A DNA stretch of 64,000 nucleotides from assembly GCA_963771465.1 (NCBI GenBank), contig CAVYTU010000006.1, forward strand, positions 96,001-160,000, read 5' to 3'. The notes beneath the pieces are model-generated. The model saw only the letters and a program-made list of their open reading frames with translations. It did no database searches and was not told the DNA's origin. Below, piece by piece: positions 50,135-59,290 of this stretch (the stretch's first letter is position 1; every line of letters starts with the position of its first letter). The stretch is from an uncultured delta proteobacterium. Its GTDB lineage: Bacteria; Desulfobacterota; Binatia; UBA9968. A program made the translations under genes and the position numbers.

Positions 50135-50282
50135 GCAGGCTGCTCTAAAAGATTTAGAGGCGAGTCGCAGACCTAAAAGGATAAGGGATAACGGATAAAG
50201 GATAAAATTTAGGATTACTTTTATCACTTATCCTTTCGCCTTTAACCTTTTCCCTGTCGGTGGTTCTTTTTCAGCGGCCTGC
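50135..50282. mobile_element. MITE-like element
   Basis: Imperfect 18-bp terminal inverted repeats (gcaggctgctctaaaaga / tctttttcagcggcctgc, 15/18), right end in CTAG; core shared with 10853-10924. Confidence 0.6.
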
Positions 50283-50334
50283 TAGCGGATTCGCCTCTGG
50301 CCAACGCGCTGCCGCACGCGAGCCACTCAATGAG

Positions 50335-51261
50335 TTAGCTTGCTTTTTCCAATGCATCGTTCCAACCGAACTTTTGCCGCGGTCCACCCAGCAGCGCGAG
50401 GAAGTCGAGCGCGTTGTGAGATAGCGGCCGGCCCTTGCGGTAAACGATAAAAGATTTGCCGTTGATTCTTCTTAATCCGGCGATTCTCAGCGTTTTCAGT
50501 GAACCGGCTTCGAGCTCCGATTCGACCTGATCGTGGTACAGTATTCCGATGCCCATCCCCTTCATCACGGCGGTCATTATCGCCTGGCCTGACTCACACT
50601 CCATCAGGATGTTGAGCCTGAATCCTTGGCTCTCGATGTGTCTGAGGACATCGGAAGGTTTACCTTGCCGTCCCTTCTTGATGATCAACGGTGCCTGGGC
50701 GACTTCAGCCAAGCTCAATTCGAATTTCTTGGCTAACGGATGTTTGGCGGAAACAACAACAACGACGTTCTCTTCGCGACAAGGCAAGATCTGCAGCAAG
50801 GGGGATTTTGAAGGATTGGTGATTACGCCGATTTCGATCTGAGATTGGAGTACTAACTGCTCTATTCCGCGGCTCCTTTTGGTGCGAAAGATGATTTGCG
50901 TGTGGGGATGACTTTCTTTGAACCGCGCCAAAAGGGAGGGAATAAGAGCCGCTGAAGGAGCGTGGGAGCCGCCGACCGTGAGCGAGCCGCCAGTCAGTGG
51001 CGGCGCCGCTTGCTTGAATCTTTGGCCAAGTCGCTCGACGCGCAGCAGAATTTCTCGGACGTCGGCCTGGACGAGATGTCCTTCTCGCGTTAGCTCGATC
51101 TGTCTACCGACCTTTCGGTAGAGCCGAACACCGCAGAAGTCTTCCAGTGATTTCACCTGCTTGAAAACCGACGGTTCGCTGATGTCTAGCGACTCTGCCG
51201 CTCTTGTAATGTTGAGATATTTTGAGACCGCCGCGAATGCCCGGATCTGATTGAGTGTCAT
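50335..51261 (-). CDS. LysR family transcriptional regulator
   Basis: MTLNQIRAF..NITRAAESL.ISEPSV..VKSLE..GVRL HTH plus substrate-binding domain. Confidence 0.92.
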   Translation of the reverse strand: MTLNQIRAFAAVSKYLNITRAAESLDISEPSVFKQVKSLEDFCGVRLYRKVGRQIELTREGHLVQADVREILLRVERLGQRFKQAAPPLTGGSLTVGGSHAPSAALIPSLLARFKESHPHTQIIFRTKRSRGIEQLVLQSQIEIGVITNPSKSPLLQILPCREENVVVVVSAKHPLAKKFELSLAEVAQAPLIIKKGRQGKPSDVLRHIESQGFRLNILMECESGQAIMTAVMKGMGIGILYHDQVESELEAGSLKTLRIAGLRRINGKSFIVYRKGRPLSHNALDFLALLGGPRQKFGWNDALEKAS

Positions 51262-51457
51262 AACTTCACCATTTGTCTCACATGGGTTGTTGTACCGACC
51301 ACCCCGAACGTGGTTACTCCCGCAGCGGATAGAAATCAATAGCCTCCAAGATATAGCAGCAGTTGATGAATGAATATTGGACAGAGCTGCCGGGAATCAA
51401 GTAAGAAGCGTAACGCTCTTAAGCGCCAATAAGACAATTTCGCACCGGAGGATTCCT

Positions 51458-52961
51458 ATGAATCGACTTATCGTCAGGCCGTTATCGGGATTGACGTTCG
51501 CTTTGCTGGCGACAGTGGCATTGGTCTCTACCGCCGCGGCGCAGCTCCAGCCGACCACCAATGTCGTCGTCACCGCGAATCTCAACACCGGCGGGCAGAC
51601 CAATGTCAATGCGGCACGTTTGCGTCGGCCGACCACCAATGTGCTGGCCAAGGCGCATATCGGTGTTTTCGTTATGCACCCGTCTTCGGGTTATCAGAAC
51701 AACGGTGTGTGCAATGCCTTGGCCCAACGTGGTTTTACAACAGTGTGCGCTGACAGCGTATTTAACGGGAACGACAACGGTTACTATGGCTACGAGCAGC
51801 ATGCACCGGGAATACGGGCGGGCATCAACTATCTAAGAAGCATCACGGCGACAGCAACCCTGCCGGCAGTTTCCAAAGTGCTTATCTTCGGCCATAGCAT
51901 GGGCGCGCCGATGATGGCGTTTTATCAAAACGTCGCTGAAAACGGCGCGGCGATCGCTTGCCAGGGAGCCGAGAAAATCCTCCCTTGCGTCGATACCAAT
52001 TTACAGAACCTCCCAAAAGCTGACGGCGTAATGTTGTTCGATGCTCATTTAGGCGATGGATTGGCGACGTTTACTTATGTCGATCCGGCTCTCAGCAACA
52101 ATATTTTTTCTTGCGAGCCGCGCAAGCTCCAAAACGATATGTTCACCGCCGCCAATGGCTATATTCGCAATCCCGGCCAATTGGACGACAACGGCGCGAC
52201 CTATTCCAAGCAGTTCAAAAAGACTTTCCTGGTGCATCAAGCCGTGCGCAACGAAGATCTCATCGAAGTGGCGCTCGATCTACTGCAGCAAAGGAGAATC
52301 CAAACCGGCAATCCCAATGACCTGGGCGATGCCATTCCGTTCGTCGTGCCCGGCTCCGATGGCGCGCGTCTCTTTCAGCCGGACACAAGTCTGCTCAAAT
52401 ATACCAAGAAGAAGCACATACTTTTGGCTCGGGATGGAACTCGTCCCGTGCAAATCATCCAATCGGTTCGGCCGCCGTCAGGCAATCTCGACGCTTTGGA
52501 CTGCGATGCCTCGACGCGCGAGGTCAATGTTCATATTTGGCTGGGCTCGAGAGCCTTGCGCGCCACGCCCGGCAAATACAGCCAAACACCGGACGATATC
52601 ACAGGCATTGACTACGACTCGTCGGCCACCAGCAGCGTTACCAACGTCAAAGGAGTCGGTAAGCATCCCAACGGCAGTCAGGCGACGACGCCACTTGCTG
52701 ATCATTGCCAACACCGGCCACTATTTTCTCCGGCCCGACGAGATCGTTTACGACAATGCCTACAGCACGGATAAGACCTTGGCATTTTCGGAAGGGGCGG
52801 TCCACGGCGGCGGCCCGTGCGCGCAATGCACTCGCATCATCTTAAATGATCCGGCCTTGGCGACGGCAACGGCAAACGCATATTGGACGGATCCTGCCGG
52901 CAACGGGCCGGCAGAAAGATCTTGGAACTTCATGGCCGAATGGCTGAGTGCGAGGTACTAG
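51458..52961 (+). CDS. Secreted alpha/beta hydrolase, +1 frameshift near 52694
   Basis: GGAGG RBS; signal peptide; GHSMG; C-terminus (LLIIANTGHYF..EGAVH..CAQC) lies in the next frame and aligns with the downstream paralog. Confidence 0.75.
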
Positions 52962-53039
52962 GCGCCGCTACGATCGAGTCGAGTGGTTCAAGAATTGAAT
53001 TTAATAATTGTGATTTTTTTTGAGAGGAAGGAATTCATC

Positions 53040-54353
53040 ATGACCGCAATAAAGTTTTCCCTGATATTTAGTTTGCTACTGGTTCTCTCCGTGCCGGCGA
53101 CGTTCGCTCAGACGACCACGGACCTTGATTTGGGTGGCGGAGCGCTGGGGCGTTATCGGACGCCGGCAGGTCAGATGTCAAATATCGCGTTCATCGCGAT
53201 TCATCGCACCGGAGATTACCGCAACCACGCTTCGACAACGCAGTTGCAGAGCCGCGGCTTCGCCACTCTCGGCATAAGGACTAGATTCGGTAGTAGCGAA
53301 GCCGCTGTGAACTGGGAGCTCATTGCTTTGGATATTCGAAGCGCCGTTCGCTTCCTTAGAAATCAGCCGGGAATTACTAAAGTCGTGCTGATCGGTCACA
53401 GCGGCGGCGGCCCGAGCACGTCGTATTACCAAGCGCTTTCGGAAAATGGTCCTTCGTATTGCCAAGGGGCTAACAAATTAGTTGAGTGCTCCTTTTCAGA
53501 GACCGATTTCCTGCCCTCGGACCGGGCCGATGGGATGGTATTTGTAGAGGCGCACTTAGCGAACGGCATCAATCGGTTGCGGGCGTTGAACCCTTCCGTG
53601 GTCAATGAAGACCAACCCTTTGGTCCCGCGCGTAACAAGACTCTCGATCCCTTTGACCCTAAGAATGGCTACAATCCCAATGGCGACTCTGCCTATTCTC
53701 AGCATTTTGTCGATACCTACGCGCGCGGGGAGTCGAGACGCATGAATGGTCTGATCCACGATGCTCTTCAAATTAGACACGAAATAGAACTTGGCCTGCG
53801 TGATCCGGCCGATGACGCGTTTGTTTTCTGGCGCGACAGCGCGCGGTTGTCGCAACTTAGCACGGGCGTCCAATGTTGCACTTTCAATCCAACTCGATTG
53901 ATCCAGAATAGCGGTGCCATCGCTAACCCGCAGATCATTCATACGGTGCGAGTTCCTGAGCCGAGCATTAAGGATGATGACGAAGGAGAGGATGGCAGAC
54001 AAGACTTGAAAATCACCTCGTTCTTGAGCGCTAATGGTATAAGATCCAATCACTCGTACGACAGCATCGATTGGTGTTCGAGCAACAATTCAACGATCTG
54101 CGCAGTTCGGACGATCTCGGTGCCGGCTGTGGTGATAGCGGCGCAAGGGCATTACTTTATTCGCGACGGCGAGCAGATCTTTGAAGAGTTGGCGAGCACC
54201 GACAAAGAATTTCTCGTCATCGAAGGGATGAACCACAATCTCGGCAATTGTACGGCCTGCGCGACGTTTCACGGCACCGGCCCTTACACAAATATTCCAT
54301 TGAATCTGTGGAACTATGTTGCAGCTTGGGCGAATGCGCATATTGGGAACTGA
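53040..54353 (+). CDS. Secreted alpha/beta hydrolase (paralog of the upstream gene)
   Basis: Signal peptide; GHSGG; GHYF; EGMNH..CTAC. Confidence 0.8.
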   Translation: MTAIKFSLIFSLLLVLSVPATFAQTTTDLDLGGGALGRYRTPAGQMSNIAFIAIHRTGDYRNHASTTQLQSRGFATLGIRTRFGSSEAAVNWELIALDIRSAVRFLRNQPGITKVVLIGHSGGGPSTSYYQALSENGPSYCQGANKLVECSFSETDFLPSDRADGMVFVEAHLANGINRLRALNPSVVNEDQPFGPARNKTLDPFDPKNGYNPNGDSAYSQHFVDTYARGESRRMNGLIHDALQIRHEIELGLRDPADDAFVFWRDSARLSQLSTGVQCCTFNPTRLIQNSGAIANPQIIHTVRVPEPSIKDDDEGEDGRQDLKITSFLSANGIRSNHSYDSIDWCSSNNSTICAVRTISVPAVVIAAQGHYFIRDGEQIFEELASTDKEFLVIEGMNHNLGNCTACATFHGTGPYTNIPLNLWNYVAAWANAHIGN

Positions 54354-54448
54354 CGACGAGGCCAAGCAGCGATCTCCGAGCGAAATCGAGGGACTTTCTA
54401 AGTGGAATATGAATCGGCGAGCGGCGTCATGATCACCACTGGATTGCG

Positions 54449-54915
54449 TCAGTTTTTTAGGGCAAGGTCCGCGATCGTCTTGCGGTAGCTTATGGTGAGG
54501 GCGCCTGCACCCGCAAGGACCGCGTTCATACGTCCCTTGGATGCAGCACGGAATGCGCTTTCGAAATTCGGGTTAGGAGCTTGCAGTTCCATCGATTGAA
54601 GTTGAATTTTTAAGGCGCGCGCTGCAGCCTCGTAGTAAGTAAAACTGCTTCCCGTTGTCTGGCGCCTCTCATCCGAAAGGACGCCAACGCGCGATATTCG
54701 CGGCACCTCCTTTAGCAACTGCAGCCGCTTTCCGCTTAGCTATGGGGTGCGTCGGGTGAGACCCGTGATATTTCCCCGGGCTGCTAGGCTATCGATTAGC
54801 CCAGCCGCGACTAGATCAGCAGTGGTGATCATGACGATGGGAATCGTTTTGGTCACCTCTTTCGCCGCACAAACTCCTCGTATAGTTCCGGAAACAATCA
54901 CGTCGACTTTTAGCG
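54449..54915 (-). pseudogene. Internal fragment of an ABC_sub_bind (PF04392-type) SBP
   Basis: LKVDVIV..AAKEVTKTIPIVM..GLIDSLA..GNITGLT [stop/shift] SGKRLQLLKEVPRISRVGVL. Confidence 0.75.
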
Positions 54916-55068
54916 ACCTCGGAGCCGAAGTAAATCTGCCCGCGCTCAAGAAATGGCTCCCAGCCGTTTCTCGATTGTAATTTCCGAATTTAGAATAATC
55001 GACGTGCTTTTCAGTCGCGATTTTGATTAAGATGTTTTCGCTAAAAGATTCAGAAAGGGGATTTTGGT

Positions 55069-55635
55069 ATGGCAGACATTGCACCGCAAAAAATCGCCGT
55101 AATCATTCTCGATATGGCCAAAGGGTACGGCTGGAAGCCCGGCAGTTTCGGCTACGATATGGTGGCGCAGGTGCGCCAGCTCAAAGACGCAGCGTACGCC
55201 GCCGGCGCGCAGGTGATTCACGTCAATAGCATGCGCCGCCCGACGGACCACGTCAATGAAAACTCTCGCATGATGGTGGGAAGCGAAGGGCTTGAAGTGA
55301 TCGCGGAGCTCCAGCCGATCGACAAAGACATCATAGTCTACAAGCGCTACTTGAGCGGCTTCTCGCACAACGATCTGGACTACACGCTCAGAACGATGGG
55401 TTGCGAGACGGTAATCGTAGCCGGAGCGTCGACCGACAATACCGTGCTTTGGACCTGTGCCGACGCTCATCAGAACCGCTACAAAGTTGTGGTGGTCGAG
55501 GACTGCACGATTGTCCATCGCGAGAAGGAGCCGCCGGGAGCCAAGGAGGGCGCGCTGCGAATTATCCGCAACGTTTTGAAAGGCGAGGTGTTGCCGTTAG
55601 CAGCGATCAAAGACAAATACCTCAAACCAAAATGA
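55069..55635 (+). CDS. Isochorismatase-family protein with Thr at the catalytic Cys position
   Basis: IILDM, YKRYLSGF, GASTDNTVLWT, VVEDC. Confidence 0.85.
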   Translation: MADIAPQKIAVIILDMAKGYGWKPGSFGYDMVAQVRQLKDAAYAAGAQVIHVNSMRRPTDHVNENSRMMVGSEGLEVIAELQPIDKDIIVYKRYLSGFSHNDLDYTLRTMGCETVIVAGASTDNTVLWTCADAHQNRYKVVVVEDCTIVHREKEPPGAKEGALRIIRNVLKGEVLPLAAIKDKYLKPK

Positions 55636-55749
55636 ATCACGCACCGTCCTCAAGCATGGCGGTAACGGTTGTCATCCTTCCATCCTGACATAATCACGTT
55701 GCCGTTACTCCTGTTATAATCACTTTGCTACAACACCGAGATCAAAACC

Positions 55750-55778
55750 TTGACAACATCCAGCTCGCTAACTAGTGT
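55750..55778 (+). promoter_or_regulatory. Putative sigma-70 promoter
   Basis: TTGACA-N17-TAGTGT upstream of the MEDS gene. Confidence 0.4.
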
Positions 55779-55911
55779 GATAGCAGTTGAAACGAGTTTC
55801 GTCGCTTGCTTCTACTGAGGACCGCTACTGTCAGCGGTCACCTCCTATTAAGACTCCGCTATTAGCGGCCGACGGACCCGCGATGGCAAACAATTAATTG
55901 GAGGAATAGCA

Positions 55912-56715
55912 ATGAATCATGAGCTTGAAGCGGACAGTCAGCCTTGGCACCCACTTTTGACCAACGCGGCACCGCGCGATCACATCGTACAGCTTTACCA
56001 GGATCAAGACTTTCTCAATCGCGCTGTCTGTCGGTTCGCGGCCGCTGCGCTCGCGAACGGCGAGGGTTTGATCCTGGTGCCGACGAGCGCCCACTGGAAT
56101 GCCTTCCGCCCTCGGCTGGAGGCTGGAGGCGTGGATGTCAAGGCGGCACAGGAGCGCGGCCAGCTAACCGTCGTTGACGCCGATGAGTTGCTGCCAAGCT
56201 TCATGCGCGAAGCCATGCCCGACGCGCCGGTGTTCCTCGGCGTAGCGGCGGACGTCATCACACGGGCCCGCGGAGCGGGCCATTACCCGAAAGTGCGCTG
56301 GTGGGGCGAAATGGTCAATGTCCTTTGGGAGCGCGGGGACGTAGCCGGCAGCATGAGCCTCGAGGATCTGTTCGATCAGCTCGGCCACGAGCAGGAGGTG
56401 GCGATCTTCTGCTCGTTTGTAATGGATAACTTCAACGGCGAGATGCACACTCGCATGCTGCCAAGGCTCGGGGAGAACCACTCTCACTTGATCCCGGTGG
56501 AAGATTATGCGCGGCTCGAGCGTGCCGTAGCCGAAGCTCTGCGCGAGACAGTCGGCTCGGTCGAGGCCTCTGTCCTCGAAGGGCAGCTCCTCTCGCGCTA
56601 TCCGGCGTCGTTCCAGATGCCGCGACCTCAGGCGCTGCTCTTGGCATTGCATCAGGCTCTGCCGGCTGTAGCTGACGCCGTGCTGCAACGGAGTCGTACT
56701 TTGTACGAAGCTTAG
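55912..56715 (+). CDS. MEDS domain sensory protein
   Basis: HIVQLY, F...L.NGE, GQL..DA, VRWWGEMV.VLW, IFCSF, HSH; GAGGA RBS. Confidence 0.8.
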   Translation: MNHELEADSQPWHPLLTNAAPRDHIVQLYQDQDFLNRAVCRFAAAALANGEGLILVPTSAHWNAFRPRLEAGGVDVKAAQERGQLTVVDADELLPSFMREAMPDAPVFLGVAADVITRARGAGHYPKVRWWGEMVNVLWERGDVAGSMSLEDLFDQLGHEQEVAIFCSFVMDNFNGEMHTRMLPRLGENHSHLIPVEDYARLERAVAEALRETVGSVEASVLEGQLLSRYPASFQMPRPQALLLALHQALPAVADAVLQRSRTLYEA

Positions 56716-56729
56716 AACGTGCCAGATCG

Positions 56730-59183
56730 ATGACGATACGATTGCAGGCAGATGATGACCGGTCTAGCGACGCCGCTCGGGTGCATAACGACGCTGCGAG
56801 TGCCGACTCGGTCAGCGCTGACCTCGTCGATATTTTTGACACTATCGATCTTTCCATAGTGGTGGTTGGCCGCGACTTCACTGTGACCCGCTTCAACATC
56901 GGCGCGGCAGCGCTGCTCGGCCTCACGCCATCGGACATTGGCCGCTCTCCCCGTGACATCCACCTCCTGACAGCCGTCATCGATCTCGAGAAGCTCTGCG
57001 CGCAAGTGATTGCCGACCGCTCACCGTTCCGGCGCGAAGTCCGGGACGGGGACCGGTGGTTCCTTCTTCGGATAGCTCCGTACACAAGAAGCGATGGGCA
57101 GATTGGCGGCACCGTGCTCACGTTCACAAACGTGACGGCTTTCCGTGCCAGTCTGGAGCAGGCAATTTACGAACGGGAGTACACAAAAGCGATCCTCAAC
57201 ACGGTGATCGAACCCTTGGTGGTCCTCGACGCCGACCTGCGGCTACAGACGGCCAATCGGGCCTTTTATGCGATGTTCCAGGTCTCGCGTGAGGAAACGC
57301 AAAATATTCCGCTCTATGATCTGGTGAACTATGAGTGGAATACTCCCCGGTTGTGGTCGCTCCTGAAAGAGATCATTTCCGACAATAGTGAGTTCCAAAC
57401 CCTCGAGGCCGAGCACACCTTCCCCGTGATTGGACGCCGGACGCTCCTGCTCGATGCACGCCGGTTATCTCGAGAAAGTAATGTCGGCCAAATGATTCTC
57501 CTGGCGTTTCAGGATATCACCGAGCGCTCGGCGGCGGAGGAAGTACGCGCCACCCTCGCCGCCATTGTCGAATCTTCGGACGATGCCATCATTAGCAAAG
57601 ACCTCAGTGGCGTCATCACTAGCTGGAACAAGAGCGCCGAAGGGCTGTTCGGCTACACAGCCGACGAAACGGTCGGGCGACCGATCACGTTGCTTATTCC
57701 CCCTGATCGACTCGACGAGGAGCGGAAGATTCTCGAGCAACTCAAGCGCGGCGAGCGGGTTGATCACTTCGAAACGGTGCGGATGCGAAAAGACGGCTCA
57801 CGGCTGGACATCTCGCTAACCATCTCGCCTGTTAAAGGCGCCGATGGACGCATTGTCGGCGCGTCGAAAGTCGCACGCGACATTACCGATCGCAAGCTGG
57901 CCGAGAAGGCGCTGCGCGAGTACGCCGAGCAGTTGAAAGATGCCGACCGGCGCAAGGACGAGTTTCTGGCGACCTTGGCGCACGAGCTGAGAAATCCCTT
58001 GGCGCCTATCCGCAATGCCGTCGAGCTGCTGAAGCGACCCAATCTGACGGCCGAGAATTTCCAGCTGGCGCGCGAGATCACCGAGAGTCAGCTTAACCAA
58101 ATGGTGCGCCTGGTCGACGATCTTTTGGATCTCAGCCGCATCAGCCAAGGCAAGATCGAATTGAAGAAGGAACGGGTAACGCTGAAGGCGATCCTCGATC
58201 AAGCGCTGGAAACTTCGCGGCCGCATGTGGAAGCGGCGGGACACAAGCTTTCGGTGTCGTTGCCGCCACGCAATGTATACCTCGATGCCGACCCCTTGCG
58301 GCTCGCGCAGGTGTTGTCAAACCTGATCAACAACGCATGCAAGTACAGCGCGAACAATGGCAACATTGAGATCAAGGCGGACCTGGAAACAGCGATCGAG
58401 AATAAAAGGAGCCAAGGAGACGCTGAGAACGGCAGAGGAGAAGCGGTTGCGGAACCCACAATCGTAAGCTCAATAGCCGAAATCGAATCGGTTTCCGCAT
58501 CCAAAGGCGAAATACCGAAATCCACAATGGCATTGGTCCTCTCCGTCAAAGACACGGGTATTGGCATCGCACCCGAGCATTTGCCGCGGATCTTCGGGAT
58601 GTTCTCACAGGTTGGCTCGGCGCTGAATCGCTCGCAAGGCGGACTCGGTATCGGCCTCGCTCTGGTGCGCGGTTTGGTTGAACAGCATGGAGGCAGTGTC
58701 GAAGCTCGCAGTGAAGGACTTGGCAAAGGCAGTGAGTTCATCGTGCGCTTGCCAGCAGCGCCCACCTTCGCGGAAGAATCAGCGATGCGTTCCGGCGACG
58801 AGAGTGTCCCAAACATCCCGTCTCGTCAAAAGCGTATTCTCGTGGTCGACGACAACAAAATTCAGGCGCGAAGTCTTGCGCTCTTGCTCAATGCCTTAGG
58901 TTTCGATGCTCGGTCGGTATACGACGCCAAGAGCGCGCTGGCGATACTTGACGAATTCACACCGCAAGTGGCATTGATTGATATAGGGCTACCGGATATC
59001 AACGGCTACGAGCTTGCACGCCGCTTACGAGGACTAACGCAGCTGAAAGGGATTACGTTGATCGCTCAAACCGGGTGGGGACGAGACACGGATCGCGAAG
59101 AGTCAAAACAAGCGGGATTTGATCATCATCTCACAAAGCCTATCAATCATCAGGTTTTGCAGAATCTCCTATTCTCAGAATAA
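56730..59183 (+). CDS. Multi-PAS hybrid sensor histidine kinase / receiver
   Basis: Three PAS-like segments, LAHELRNPL H-box, NLINNA, DTGIGI, GLGIGL, receiver VVDD..IDIGLP..KP. Confidence 0.92.
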   Translation: MTIRLQADDDRSSDAARVHNDAASADSVSADLVDIFDTIDLSIVVVGRDFTVTRFNIGAAALLGLTPSDIGRSPRDIHLLTAVIDLEKLCAQVIADRSPFRREVRDGDRWFLLRIAPYTRSDGQIGGTVLTFTNVTAFRASLEQAIYEREYTKAILNTVIEPLVVLDADLRLQTANRAFYAMFQVSREETQNIPLYDLVNYEWNTPRLWSLLKEIISDNSEFQTLEAEHTFPVIGRRTLLLDARRLSRESNVGQMILLAFQDITERSAAEEVRATLAAIVESSDDAIISKDLSGVITSWNKSAEGLFGYTADETVGRPITLLIPPDRLDEERKILEQLKRGERVDHFETVRMRKDGSRLDISLTISPVKGADGRIVGASKVARDITDRKLAEKALREYAEQLKDADRRKDEFLATLAHELRNPLAPIRNAVELLKRPNLTAENFQLAREITESQLNQMVRLVDDLLDLSRISQGKIELKKERVTLKAILDQALETSRPHVEAAGHKLSVSLPPRNVYLDADPLRLAQVLSNLINNACKYSANNGNIEIKADLETAIENKRSQGDAENGRGEAVAEPTIVSSIAEIESVSASKGEIPKSTMALVLSVKDTGIGIAPEHLPRIFGMFSQVGSALNRSQGGLGIGLALVRGLVEQHGGSVEARSEGLGKGSEFIVRLPAAPTFAEESAMRSGDESVPNIPSRQKRILVVDDNKIQARSLALLLNALGFDARSVYDAKSALAILDEFTPQVALIDIGLPDINGYELARRLRGLTQLKGITLIAQTGWGRDTDREESKQAGFDHHLTKPINHQVLQNLLFSE

Positions 59184-59290
59184 GATTTGGCCGAACCGGT
59201 TGGTCTACCTCTTCCATGGCTGCCATCGAAGAGGCTTGCTCATCTGAGCTCACATCGACAATATTGTGCGCTAGTAGGCTGGAGGAATCC

